A stretch of DNA of 64,000 nt. It comes from Paraspadella gotoi. Its lineage: Eukaryota > Animalia > Chaetognatha. Below, one piece after another: positions 10,698 to 21,738 of this stretch. The stretch's first letter is position 1; each line of letters begins with the position of its first letter. The notes under the pieces were generated by a model. The model ran no database searches. It was not told the DNA's origin and saw only the letters and a program-made list of their open reading frames with translations. A program made the position numbers and the translations under genes. The stretch is from the NCBI GenBank assembly GCA_051294375.1, contig CM119267.1, positions 10,663,045-10,727,044 of the forward strand, written 5' to 3'.

Positions 10698-13600
10698 TCA
10701 CGAGCCGCGAGTGACGGGAATGGCCGGGTGAGACTTGTATAGAAGCGGAATGCCGGGTCGAACCAAGTTATTTTGACTGGCGGGGGTCTGATGAAAAAAA
10801 AAAGACGTCAAAGGAACGTTAAAACCAATTCAGAATCGATTCAACGCACCTGTCTGGCTATGATGTGCGAGGCTCCGATGGGTAAGGCAGCGATGGGAGC
10901 GTGGGGGTAACCAGGACCAATCGGCGGAGGGTGCGGTCGAATGAGCGGAGAGGAATGAAAGCCCGCCGCCGCCGCCAGATGGTTGTGGTGGGAAGTCATG
11001 GGATGATGAAGTCCCGCTTGCGGGTGATGGGGCAAGGGTCTCGAGATGGACGAGTGCGCCGGCGGGATCGGCACTTGATTCGGCTGCTGCCCGGCGAGCG
11101 TATGTAGCGGAAAAGGAGGGTGGAGCTGGTGGTGGTGGTGGTGAAGTACAGGGGGAGATTGCGTTGACGTCGCGGTCATGGACGACGAGGAAGTTGAGAA
11201 TGGAGGGGATCGCGTAGACCGAGCGACGACTTGAAGCCCGGCCGGGGGATGGAGAGAAATCAGTTGGGGCATCGCGTGGTGAGGCGTCGGGTTGTTGTTG
11301 TTGTTGTTATTGTTCCTTTGAGATCCTACGCATGGAAGAATGAAATTCTTATCTTCATCAAATATATATTGTACCTACAATATTTGTTCATCCATTTTAA
11401 CGGACAGTTTTCAATAAAAGAGAGAAATGTATGTACGTACATCCTCAGAGAAAGTTTCATTTCCAAAGTTTTTGAAATTTTACAAACAAACTTTTCTTGA
11501 GAATACAAATTTAATAAACAGCTAAAAAACGCCCATTGACTTAATAGACAAAAGTGTCCAATCGGCAACTACCTGTCGGTGGCGGTGGCTTGGACGGAGC
11601 CTTTACGGAATCAGCAGAATCGTGAGAGGCGGCACTGACAGACACGATCGGCTGACGATTCGACAAATGATTGATTTCTTTCGTTCGAGGTTCGCGATGG
11701 GTGAGCGAGGGATACGAAAGAATCGGCGTATTGACGGGAAACGAAAGGTTCGGCGGATTTGGATGATTTAAAAGGTCATTATTCGGACGAACGGGGGGAT
11801 TCGAGAGGCTCGAAGTAATTGAGATATTCGAGGGATTGAGAAAATTATGACGCTTAGAATGAATGGAAAGATTTGGTGGACTCGAGTGGTCTGGGGAATT
11901 CGGACGATGCTTTTGTGGGCTCAAGTGGTTGTTTAGGTCATTAGAATTATCAATATTGGGGTGCTTGAGAGAGTTGGAATGATTATGATAATCCGAGCGG
12001 TTCGAAGGGTTTCGAGTATTCGGGAGATTTGCAGACATCGGATTGAGAGATTGGGAGCTCGTCGCGGGCGGACTTAATTGATTACAAGGCAGGTTGGCGG
12101 GGGAGTCGTTTGACAGACCACGAGACGAAGGCTGAAACAAATATTTTTTATCTATTAATAATATATGCCTAATTTAGTCAAAACTGAAAATCCCACAGTA
12201 TTCACACAAGTTGATCGTTAAGTTAAATAATGCCCTTGGAATTTTGGTACTAACTTCGACAGCGACAACAGAGGGAGAAATTGAGGCACTCTGAGTTTGA
12301 TTAGTAGAAACAGTTTGAGAGAGGATGCTTTTGAAGGGTGAATTGCCCGTAGGTTGAACGAGTTCTGATACAACTTTGATCGCATCATTTAGATTCGGAG
12401 CAATTTCACCTTTATCCACAGCCTTAAATGTAGAAAAACAAGGGAAAACAAAAGTTACAAAAATAGTATGCCCAGAAAACTATTATCGCGCATAATATTG
12501 ATCCTACCAATTTAAGCTTACAATATCAGTGAGTTTTCCACAGTATTTAAATATTTAACATCATTCTCTCCAAGAAGAGTGAAAAAAAGTAGAATATTAA
12601 TGTATATGGTACTCGCCTTTTCTTGTTTAGCTTTTTTATGATCTTCTAAGACACTTTCTAGGTTGTACCGACGCTTGTAGTTGTTGAAAAAGGATTTAAT
12701 ATGAGCTTCAGTTTTGTTACCCAATATTTCAGCAATGGCCTTTAAACAATAAAAAATTAAAGATGTTTATTTATCAACAGTGGGCAAATTTGTGAATCAA
12801 AACCTCAAACCAAGTTAAAGAAATAGCTGTTGAGTTTGACTGAAATTTCTTCTCACTTAAAAAAAATGTTTTATTACCTTAAAGTCTAGACCGTAACTTT
12901 TAAATCCTTGCACGGCCATCAACAACTCTTCATTTGACCAGCGATTGTTGATTCTCGTTCCCAGATACAACTCTTCCGCGTCCAGGTCTTCAATTTGCTC
13001 CAACTTCGTTTTTTTAATCGACGTCACCTGAATTTTTTTAAAAAAGAAAAAAAATAATTTTGCCCCAAAAACATTAATAGCGAATCGAAGAAGAGGGCTA
13101 ATCAGTTCGTCAGAAACATTTATAAATAAGTTTTAAGTCAACTTTATTCATAATTTTTAATAGTGTTTCCAAAAAGTGATTCAAAAGGTCTGACCGTTAA
13201 TTTTTGAGCTTGTTTTACAGTATTCAAATTTATCACGGTAGTTTTAATCAGTAAACATTGAGACACAATGGAGACCTGTTTGTTTTTCTGTATTTGACGC
13301 TTTAGGGATACTACGTCTTTGTCCAATTGACCAAATGCGGCCTCCACTTTGGAGGGCGACTCCGCGGTGAGAAAACGGACATCCTCTTGCGACAGCATCA
13401 TCCCCGGCGGAGGCTCCTTGGGTCCCGAACGTTGGTGAGGCCTCTGCAAAAACAAAAAAAAATACCATTGGTGAAAAGTTCAATCGACACAATTAATTGT
13501 AACGCCAGACGACAATATATTCGTAAATGACGAATACTATGCGTAGAAGAAGCGTATTTCTCTCGCAGCGTTGGGACCTTCTGCCGCCATGAGCGGCGGC

Positions 13601-15131
13601 GAGGGGGATTTGCTGCTCTACGTCGTTTCAAGCAGATTAGTTAGAGATCACGAAATCAGACTCACCTGCGGGGATCGAGAGACGTGGCAAGGCCGTCGAT
13701 CTTTAGCCAAAACTACTCGACGTTCTCCCGTGATACGCCAGTGCCGAATACAAATGATGCAAAGCAAACCTGTTGAAAATTTACAAATAAATTTAGTAAA
13801 AAATAATCGCTAATTCATAAGTTAAAAAAATACGTTACAACTTCAACTAAACAATGTATGACTGAATGTCCAAGCGAACCTTTAAAGTCAGGAATCGGTG
13901 AAGGAGAATGAAAAACCGTCTCGTTGCCACAATTGTCGCAACTGCGCAAGGATTCTCCCTCGTTATCGCCGATGTCGACCGCGTGTTCCCCGATGGAATG
14001 GGGAGCGTCAGTTTTGGCTTGCACTTCGCCCAAATTGCAATCATTTGGACCCGTCTCGGGTTCTTGGCTGATATGAACAAATGGTGGAGCTAGTTTTATT
14101 TTCTATTATAAATACTGAATAAAAATCTGTGACCTAGGACGAAAATTACTAGTTTATTAGCTTTTAACAATTAACCTTTGTTTATTTCGTATAAATATTT
14201 TTGGTATTTCAGCATCTCACCAGTTGAGTTTTTCCTGCAGCACTTTTCTCGTCAGCCTATCAACTTGCGAAGTCTTGTGACGCAGTTTCTTCCATTCATA
14301 ATAATACTTGACTAATGTTGAGATCGGTTTTTGTGGCAATATTTGTCGGAAATTGTGAAAAGTTTTCCCGTGGATACTTTCAAGGAGATATTTAAATTTT
14401 AATGTACTAGGCGAAAAAGATCAAAGATACAATTTAAAGTATAATAACTGATTTCCGAGAGACGGTATTACCTGATAGCCTGTTCAAAAAGAATTTTTTC
14501 TTCAGTTGTCCAATCATCGTGAAACGGTTCGTAATTTGCCAAATCGGCGAGCGCGGTGTCAAAGTTGTATCGGTGCCAATAGAGCATACCAAGTGCCTGC
14601 TCTGACGAGTAGCCGAAGCGCTCGCGAGATACCAATAAATATTCATCGATACTAAAAAGAAATTTGAAATTTGTTAGTCCAACTTTCGAAAAATCAGATC
14701 AACCACTCGTTTTACTTTTTATCACTCAATTGTGAATCAGTAGACCACATCAGGGTGGCTTTATGTTCTGTTTCATCGTCGATCAATCCAAAACAAGGAG
14801 GAATCACGGCCTGTTTTGAAGAAAATTATAATCAGTAATAAACTAACTATTAACCAACAACCATTGAACCTAAAACAAGGAGCACTATATCTCTCGTTAC
14901 CTGATACTGATCGCCGATCCTAATAACGTTCTCGGCGTCGGAAGTGCCGGGACTCTTTAGCGAGTTCCCTCCGCAATGTGACGAAGGAGACGGGTCCAAA
15001 TCGGGAGGCGCCTTCGCGGGAATCGGGGACAATATCTCGACATCGGCGGGGGGAGCCCCTTGCGCGGGCGTCGGCGCCATAAACTCGCCCGAGTCGACAC
15101 CGTTTGTCAGACTCGTCCCTACCATGGTCAT
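10698..15131 (-). CDS. RCOR: REST corepressor (CoREST): ELM2, SANT, Zn-finger-like segment, SANT and a long Pro/His/Asn-rich tail; multi-exon
   Basis: Spliced translation gives IRIGDQYQAVIP, EQALGMLYWHRYNFDTALADLANY, WTTEEKILFEQA, LVKYYYEWKK, PPPGMMLSQEDV, LDKDVVSLKRQIQ, RWSNEELLMAVQGFKSYG and AIAEILGNKTEAHIKSFFNNYKRRYNL. Start (15131 or 15125) and the 3' exons are less certain. Confidence 0.88.
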
Positions 15132-15682
15132 AGCAGGTCATGGACCAATCAAAATCATTAAGTACGAAATTTTTGTCATCGTCGAGGCGAGGGCAATAGT
15201 AAAATAAATGCCAAGACTTTATTTCGCTCAAATACTGTGAATAAACTGAAAAATATAAAAAAATATAACCAATTAAAAAAATGTTTCTCTAAAGATAAAT
15301 CTTTGAGTTTGATAAATAGTAGTTCTCTTGAAAAACCCGATATTGTTTTTAAAAACCGTCAAATCGTAAACATCTGTAGCAGATTAATTTGTGAATTGTC
15401 TGTTAGACATCCACGGTTTTTGCACAGCTTTCCGCTTTATTAAGCAGCCGCCTGTTGCCGACAAGCGGCGTCAAGAGTCTGGCTCCTCATAAAAACAAGT
15501 TATTTCCAAATCGTCGAATTCGTCGTTGTCGCAGGGAAAAAAACATAGCTTAATATCTGCCTGTTAAAGCATGAAAATAAAATACAAATCTCAAAGAAAA
15601 CTAAAAAAACGAAAGGAACTATGGAATTAAAAAACGGTTACTGAGATCATACGTAATGTGCGTTAGTACGTAAAAATTGAGT

Positions 15683-16598
15683 TTAACCGTCCAGCGGCGG
15701 TCCGAGATAAACCATAGATACTTCGGTATTGCCGTAAACGGCGGATACGGCCGGATAGAAAAGGATTTTGGGGAGACCGCGAAACGCGACTCCGAGAAAT
15801 TCGTAGCCCCTTTCAAAGGAAAGAGTGTGGTCCTCGCAGTCGAGAATGACTCGGATGCGTTCGCCGACCTGGTATTTGGGGGCGTTATTGAGTTGCGGAT
15901 AATTGCCCTGAGAGTCGCCGTTGTGGAGCAAGTGATTGTCCACGAGATTCCAGCCCCAACTCTGGTCGTCACTTCCGAGGAGGCCCACATAACCGTGGCA
16001 CTGCATAGGTGACATCTTGGTGGCGATGCCGATGACAGCCACTGTGCCTAGTGGACCCTGAAAGTATTCCAAAGATTATACAAGCATTTAAAAGAATATG
16101 TATAAACGCTAAGTTTAAAACCAACTTATCAATTTTAAATTCTCTTTTGAAGGAACATAGGTTCCTTCAAATAGCAAGCCGTACCTCCCACCAAACTTCC
16201 CAACAATGTCGCCCCCGCCAAAATCCACGTTTTCCTCTCGCGCCGTCGGTGCTCTGAGCCACCGGGTTTCGGTGAACAGTGAACCCGTTAGCTTTGATGT
16301 AAACGTTTCGCGAACAGTCGTTTGGATTCCATGCATGATAGAAAGCGCAAAGTTTGGCCTTGTAAGAGGGGCATCCCACTAGGATGTCAGTCTTGAGCGC
16401 CTCTTCCGGTAAGGCGCTCTGACTCAAAAACTTCCACACCTCGTTATTTTCGTCCCTGAGAAAACGGCACCAAGATTTGCAAGCGAGGGAGCAACTGTGA
16501 AGATCCCCGAGGTCGAGGTAGGCGAAGATGGCCGCGAGAACCGTGGGCGGAAGGCGCGCAGCCAAGCTACCCATCGCGTTGACGAGTTTGCCTGTCAT
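15683..16598 (-). CDS. FBXO45: F-box/SPRY domain protein 1 (FBXO45/Fsn), 2 exons (16598-16185, 16057-15683)
   Basis: F-box [13 protein letters not shown]; SPRY motifs [15 protein letters not shown] and WEVWWE|[12 protein letters not shown]; C-terminal [24 protein letters not shown]. Start could be the second ATG (MGSLAARL). Confidence 0.95.
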
Positions 16599-16654
16599 CG
16601 CAAGACAGAGGTTGAGTGAGGAGTCGCCATATCGTCAGTTTTAAGAAGGCTGGT

Positions 16655-16726
16655 CTAAAAAAGGTGGAAAAAATAGGGGAGTACGTGAATAACAAAGCAA
16701 AATAGGAAAAACCACAAAAAAAGAAA
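16655..16726 (-). promoter_or_regulatory. U-rich intercistronic spacer ending in a putative trans-splice acceptor (MED6 to FBXO45)
   Basis: Minus strand after the MED6 stop: tttcttttttgtggtttttcc...attttttccaccttttttAG; no AATAAA and little room for a promoter. Confidence 0.55.
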
Positions 16727-17590
16727 CTATTTTTTTTCAAGTTTAATCTTCTTTTCCAGTGGTGGTTTGCTGACGTCGCCCTCGGTTTTGACTTTATCCG
16801 CGTGGGCGACTCGTTTCGATCCGCTCCCGGAAGCGACGGAAGTGAGAGCCATCGACGATGCTTCCGCGGCTCCATTGACCGCGACCCCGTTCGGCGTGGC
16901 CTTTTCCCGCTTCGACTCTCCGGCGGAGGGGGCTTCGGAAGGCGCCGGAGCCGGAGGCGGGTTCATAGCTTTGGGTGGGAAGCGCTTCGTCAAATCGTCT
17001 AAGAGTTGATCGACCTTTTGACGCTGGAAAATAGAGGAAGGCTCCTCCTTCCGACGTTTCTCCTTCCGCTTTAGCTGTTCTCCCTTAAGTTTCTCTTCCT
17101 TGGCGACCTCCATCGCTTGCGATTCTTTGTCCTTAAACTCCCAATGGTAGCCTTTGGCCGACTGGTATTTCGCGTAGGAGTGAACCTCGTTATAGGCCTG
17201 TTGGAGATAGTTGGCGCAATTCGCGAGGCGGGAATTAACAATGTTGCCAAGATCTGGCGCCTGATACACTTTTCCGGCTATGACGTAATAGTGCGCCAGA
17301 GGAATCACTTGGGTGGGGGATGTTCGGTGCTGCTTTCGAATGACGTAGAGGATCGGCTCCTGAGCTACCAACAAAACGTATTCCACACCGACCATACCCA
17401 ACAGCTGGTCGGGATTCAACCGCTGCATGCGAACCACCTCATTGTTGCATTGACGGTCGTAAAACATGGACTCCGCGAAATAATCGAGAACATTGGAGGA
17501 ATTTAGGATGGGCATCCACGCTTCCGCCTGCCAAGATTGGTGCAGCAGAGTGTCTTTGGAGTCTAGAGCGTTTAAGTTAGGATTCGCCAT
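16727..17590 (-). CDS. MED6: Mediator complex subunit 6, single exon
   Basis: First ATG at 17590 (MANPNL). Motifs [52 protein letters not shown] and [13 protein letters not shown]. Confidence 0.95.
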   Translation of the reverse strand: MANPNLNALDSKDTLLHQSWQAEAWMPILNSSNVLDYFAESMFYDRQCNNEVVRMQRLNPDQLLGMVGVEYVLLVAQEPILYVIRKQHRTSPTQVIPLAHYYVIAGKVYQAPDLGNIVNSRLANCANYLQQAYNEVHSYAKYQSAKGYHWEFKDKESQAMEVAKEEKLKGEQLKRKEKRRKEEPSSIFQRQKVDQLLDDLTKRFPPKAMNPPPAPAPSEAPSAGESKREKATPNGVAVNGAAEASSMALTSVASGSGSKRVAHADKVKTEGDVSKPPLEKKIKLEKK

Positions 17591-18518
17591 TATTTTTTTT
17601 TCAGACAAAATGTAACTAAAACGATTGGAAGAAAGGGGAATGAAAGAGAAAGGTTGAGAGAAAACTTATTATTTTATATTTCACTTTTGTAGCATTGGGC
17701 AGAATTGTTTCACTTTTAGGAAAAATAAGAGGGTCTTTTAACCTGAAAAGCTCGTTATAAATTGAGCAATTATTAGTACCTATGATTAAGGGGCGTTCAA
17801 GGATAGCTAAATCGTACTAAATTATAATCACTTAGAGTTATGGGCGGTTAAAAGGACAATATCGAGAATGTGATATGGCTCTCATGCTAGTTTCCCAATT
17901 GAAAAAAAAATTGTATATGGCACGAAGTGATATTGCTGATATGATATTTACTTTTTTCGGAAGACGCGAGTGTAAAATAACCAAAGAAACGATCAAAAAA
18001 GAAGGATCGTGAGAATTAAAGGGTTGGCTCCAAAAAAGAAAAAAAAGATTTTTCAAGAATTGCATCAAAAGAAGTGACAGATCAAAGTGCCAAAGAAAAG
18101 CTTTGAGTAAGAACTACCAGGCTAATTATCGTCAATATTGGAGATAGGAAAACTCGGGACGGCAGAAAAAATGGAAAACGGTGACGATCAACAACTATCT
18201 ATAATACATAGCGATCGTGATACAGTAACTTAATTTACTGTAAAGTTGTTTAACAATAAAACCTCGATCGATGCACCGAACGAATCAACCAGCTCCATTC
18301 GTAATAATAAAAATGATAATAAAATATGAGAAAAGTACAACACAAAAAGTTTTCTCCCGAGGAAGTACGGAGGAAAGAATAATTAAAAAAAAAAAAAAAA
18401 AATCAGAAACGTCACAACCCAAAGTAGGCTAACAATAGAAAAGATTCACTGTCATCGATTAAGCTTAGTGTAATTTCGTTAAATACTAGTTCTCGCGCGA
18501 ATGTAGATATATTCTCTT

Positions 18519-19136
18519 TCAAGCCAACGCCAGATCTTCGTGATCGTCCGCCTCTTCTCTCAAGAGTTGGTGACGCACGCAAGTAACGTTGACGGTGGAC
18601 GCCTCGGGTCTCCCGTCGCCACGCTCCCTTCCCGCGATGTTCTCCGCGAACTCATCGAATCGGTCGTAGTCCGTCTCCTCGCCCTCGCGAATCCGCCGCT
18701 CCCGCCGCGCCGCCAGAGTCAGAAGCAGGTTGAGGACGGCGGTAAGGGCGAGCAGCGAGCCGGGGATGAGAAGAAGCCAGACGGCGCGAGGGCGAAAAAA
18801 GCAAGGGATAGAGAGGAGCGCGTAGAGAGGACACTTTTTCGAGCTGTCCACCCACTCGAGGGCGTCTAGAATGAGGGTGGTAACCTTACCCGGACGGTAC
18901 CCGATGGACACGCAGAGGTCGACCATAAACAAAGTTTCCAGGGCGACGACGACGCAGGCGGCGCAGAGGGCGTACCAACCGATCGCCTGGCCAAAGTAGG
19001 TAACCTCGACGCCCACTCCGGACATGCAGGTGGCGCTTGCCAAGCCGGAGAGGCGGCAGGCCCATAGCAATACGGCGGAAAGGGGAGGGCACGAGGACGG
19101 CAAGTGGAGAGACGCCAGAAAATAATACAAGCTCAT
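18519..19136 (-). CDS. TMEM72: TMEM72-like multi-pass membrane protein, 205 aa
   Basis: Hydrophobic ORF with CRLSGLASA, GVGVE, YALLSIPCF and WLLLIPGSLL, resembling TMEM72 as I recall it (CRLLG, GVGTE, YLLLSVACF, WHVTIPGSML). Confidence 0.7.
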   Translation of the reverse strand: MSLYYFLASLHLPSSCPPLSAVLLWACRLSGLASATCMSGVGVEVTYFGQAIGWYALCAACVVVALETLFMVDLCVSIGYRPGKVTTLILDALEWVDSSKKCPLYALLSIPCFFRPRAVWLLLIPGSLLALTAVLNLLLTLAARRERRIREGEETDYDRFDEFAENIAGRERGDGRPEASTVNVTCVRHQLLREEADDHEDLALA

Positions 19137-19869
19137 TATTTTCGCGTTATGTTAAATCGGTTTTTCATTCCTCTTTGAGTATTTATTTATTATTTATTTC
19201 CTTTTTTTTATTAAGTAAAACCGAAAAAGGCTCGATTATGGACGGAGTAATAAAAATGAAAATGTGAAAAGCCCTGGTAGCGAAAATGAGTAAGAAAATG
19301 CTTGCTTCAATCGAGGCTAGGAATCGCCGCACGAGGTTCGAGTTGTTCGTTGAGGTAAGACGTCATGAGCAGCGGAGGTGAGATGGAACCATGGTTCAAC
19401 ATCCTGCTCGGTTTTTTTCTAATGCGTCCTCCAAAAAAAGCGCATTTTAGAAAAAAGGGCTTATTACTTTTTTTTTTCTGAAAGAAATGCAAAGACAACT
19501 ATAACACGAGTATGAAATTGGTATATAATTTTTTAAAAAATTAACAAAATTAAAAAAACAACCAACAGAGCGATTTCTCCTGACAATTTGGGTTTTTTAC
19601 TCTACGTTTTTTATGCGGAAATATATGAATATTAATATATATGTATATCGCATTAATATCGGAAATTATTTTCAAATATTCCTGAAGAAGAAAAATTTTT
19701 ATCTATAAAAAATTCATCTGTTTTTCTTTAATTCTGAAAACAACATAAGGCAAAAGTTTTATAACAAACTAATTTAATAAAATCTAATTTAATAAAATTA
19801 GAAAACTAAGTAATATATCAAAAACGTAAATTTTATATTGAGGCATTACATTCTTGTTTGTTCCTGACA

Positions 19870-20487
19870 TTATTTCCCATTTTTCTCAACAATGGCGAGG
19901 CAAGTGTCGGCGAATTCGACAAAAAGAGGCTCCTGCATGGCTCCGTGCATGATGGCGTTTTTGTTAAGAGCGCCGTCGACTTCGAGCAACGCAGTTCGCA
20001 GATGCGGGTTCGCCAAAAGCGTTTTCAAGCGTTTCGAAGCACAGAGTTCCTTCAAGATTCGCCTACTTAATTTGTCGGGATTCTCAGAGTTCGCTCCCTC
20101 TTCCTCCCCCGAAGAGGAAGCCGAGGACGTGAGTTCTATCTCGCCCTCGTGTCTCTCTAATCCGCGCTTGATAGCGAGACGTCGAGCGTGTTTCTCTAAC
20201 AGGGAAAGAGAAGACGGAGCGGCGGCTGCGGCTGCTGCGGCCGCGACGTCCTCGGGATCGTCCTCGATGTCCAACTCGGCCTGACACTGGGTGTTGTGAG
20301 TCTTGTAGCAAGAGAGAGAGCAGTAAAGTATGGAACAGCGAGGGCAGCGATATTTGTGATCTTGCAAGTTACAAACTTGGCAAATCTGTTGTTTGTCTTT
20401 GAGCGAAATTGTTTTAATGTTTTCCGATCTGGATCGGAAATAAGAGCGAAAAAAGCCCCGTTTTCGACCGCGTCTCGTGGATGACAT
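19870..20487 (-). CDS. ZNHIT3: Zinc finger HIT domain protein 3 (box C/D snoRNP assembly factor)
   Basis: HIT finger CQVC...KYRCPRCSILYCSLSCYKTH; C-terminal LKTLLANPHLR...AMQEPLFVEFADTCLAIVE. Confidence 0.9.
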   Translation of the reverse strand: MSSTRRGRKRGFFRSYFRSRSENIKTISLKDKQQICQVCNLQDHKYRCPRCSILYCSLSCYKTHNTQCQAELDIEDDPEDVAAAAAAAAAPSSLSLLEKHARRLAIKRGLERHEGEIELTSSASSSGEEEGANSENPDKLSRRILKELCASKRLKTLLANPHLRTALLEVDGALNKNAIMHGAMQEPLFVEFADTCLAIVEKNGK

Positions 20488-20566
20488 GGCTGTCGACGAT
20501 CATGATATTAACAATGAAGGAATACATCGATGAAAATAAAAGTAAAAAAAGCGCAAAAAGTAATTA

Positions 20567-20821
20567 TTATTCTTTGAATTTCCACTCTTGCCGGCACATC
20601 GGACATTGCTGATGAACTTGTTGGCTGTTGAGCCACTTCATGATGCAATGTATGTGAAAACAATGGGAGCATTTACCCCAGACTAACGGACAATCGTCGC
20701 CCGGCAGTTTACAATCTGGGCAGCAGCTATCGAAGGCCATTCGACAGATGCCACAGTTGTCATCGTTGGCGACCCACTTCCAGACGGCGACTCCGGTCCA
20801 GTTTTTTACTACAACTTTCAT
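20567..20821 (-). CDS. ANAPC11: Anaphase-promoting complex subunit 11 (RING-H2), 84 aa
   Basis: MKVVVKNWTGVAVWKWVANDDNCGICRMAFDSCCPDCKLPGDDCPLVWGKCSHCFHIHCI...QQCPMCRQEWKFKE. Confidence 0.98.
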   Translation of the reverse strand: MKVVVKNWTGVAVWKWVANDDNCGICRMAFDSCCPDCKLPGDDCPLVWGKCSHCFHIHCIMKWLNSQQVHQQCPMCRQEWKFKE

Positions 20822-21738
20822 ATTCCAAAAAAGTGGTTCCCTGTGGCAGTCGAAATGAATATCTCGCTATAAGCTTGTGACGCACGTAATATTTTTAAGT
20901 CCTCTGGTTTATGTTCGGAAGGCTGAAACAAATTTTGAAGTCAAAAACGGAAATCAATTGACGTACATAACATACGAAGTATGAAAAGGCGCGATCACAA
21001 TATATGTATACTTAAAAAGTAATGGGATACATCCAATAATAATAATATTGGAAGAATTTTAACCGTAACCCAATAAATTTAAATAAATGACCAATTTAGA
21101 AATAAAATACGGCGGGAAATAAACAAAAACTTTTTCAGTGTTCTATCATTTTCCTTCATATTCGTTGAAATTCTCTTTTTTTCATTGAGAAGATAATTTT
21201 CTGTCATATTGACGAGAGACTCTGCTGTAATACTTATTAAGGCTTTTATCGTGTAACAAAATGAAAACGACTGATGACAAGACTGTCATGTCATATTTTA
21301 GGACTACTTTCTTTGGTATATTTAATTTGTAAAATAAAATATTTTGAATGTTATAATGTAAAAATATGAAAAAGAATATTGAAAAATTTTGATAACAATG
21401 TAAAAATGGTAATCAATAAAAGCGGGAGAAACCTAAAATCTGTTACAATGTCTGACAGTGTCTACATAGTACATACATACATATCCGTCCAGTCTACGCC
21501 GCAACAACAAAAAAATTCAGAGACCAGAAATACAGTAATAAAAATACAAAAATACCCTGACAGGCTTAATGAACTTAGAGATGATAATAATGGAAAATTT
21601 TTAAAACAAAGCAGATCCTGGGCTTTGATGATGTCGTAATCATTTAATTTAAACACAAATAATTCTGATACAATCGCCAACGCTTATTAAGAACGTGGAG
21701 AGAATGCGAGAGAAAGAATAAACAAACTTTTATAACAG

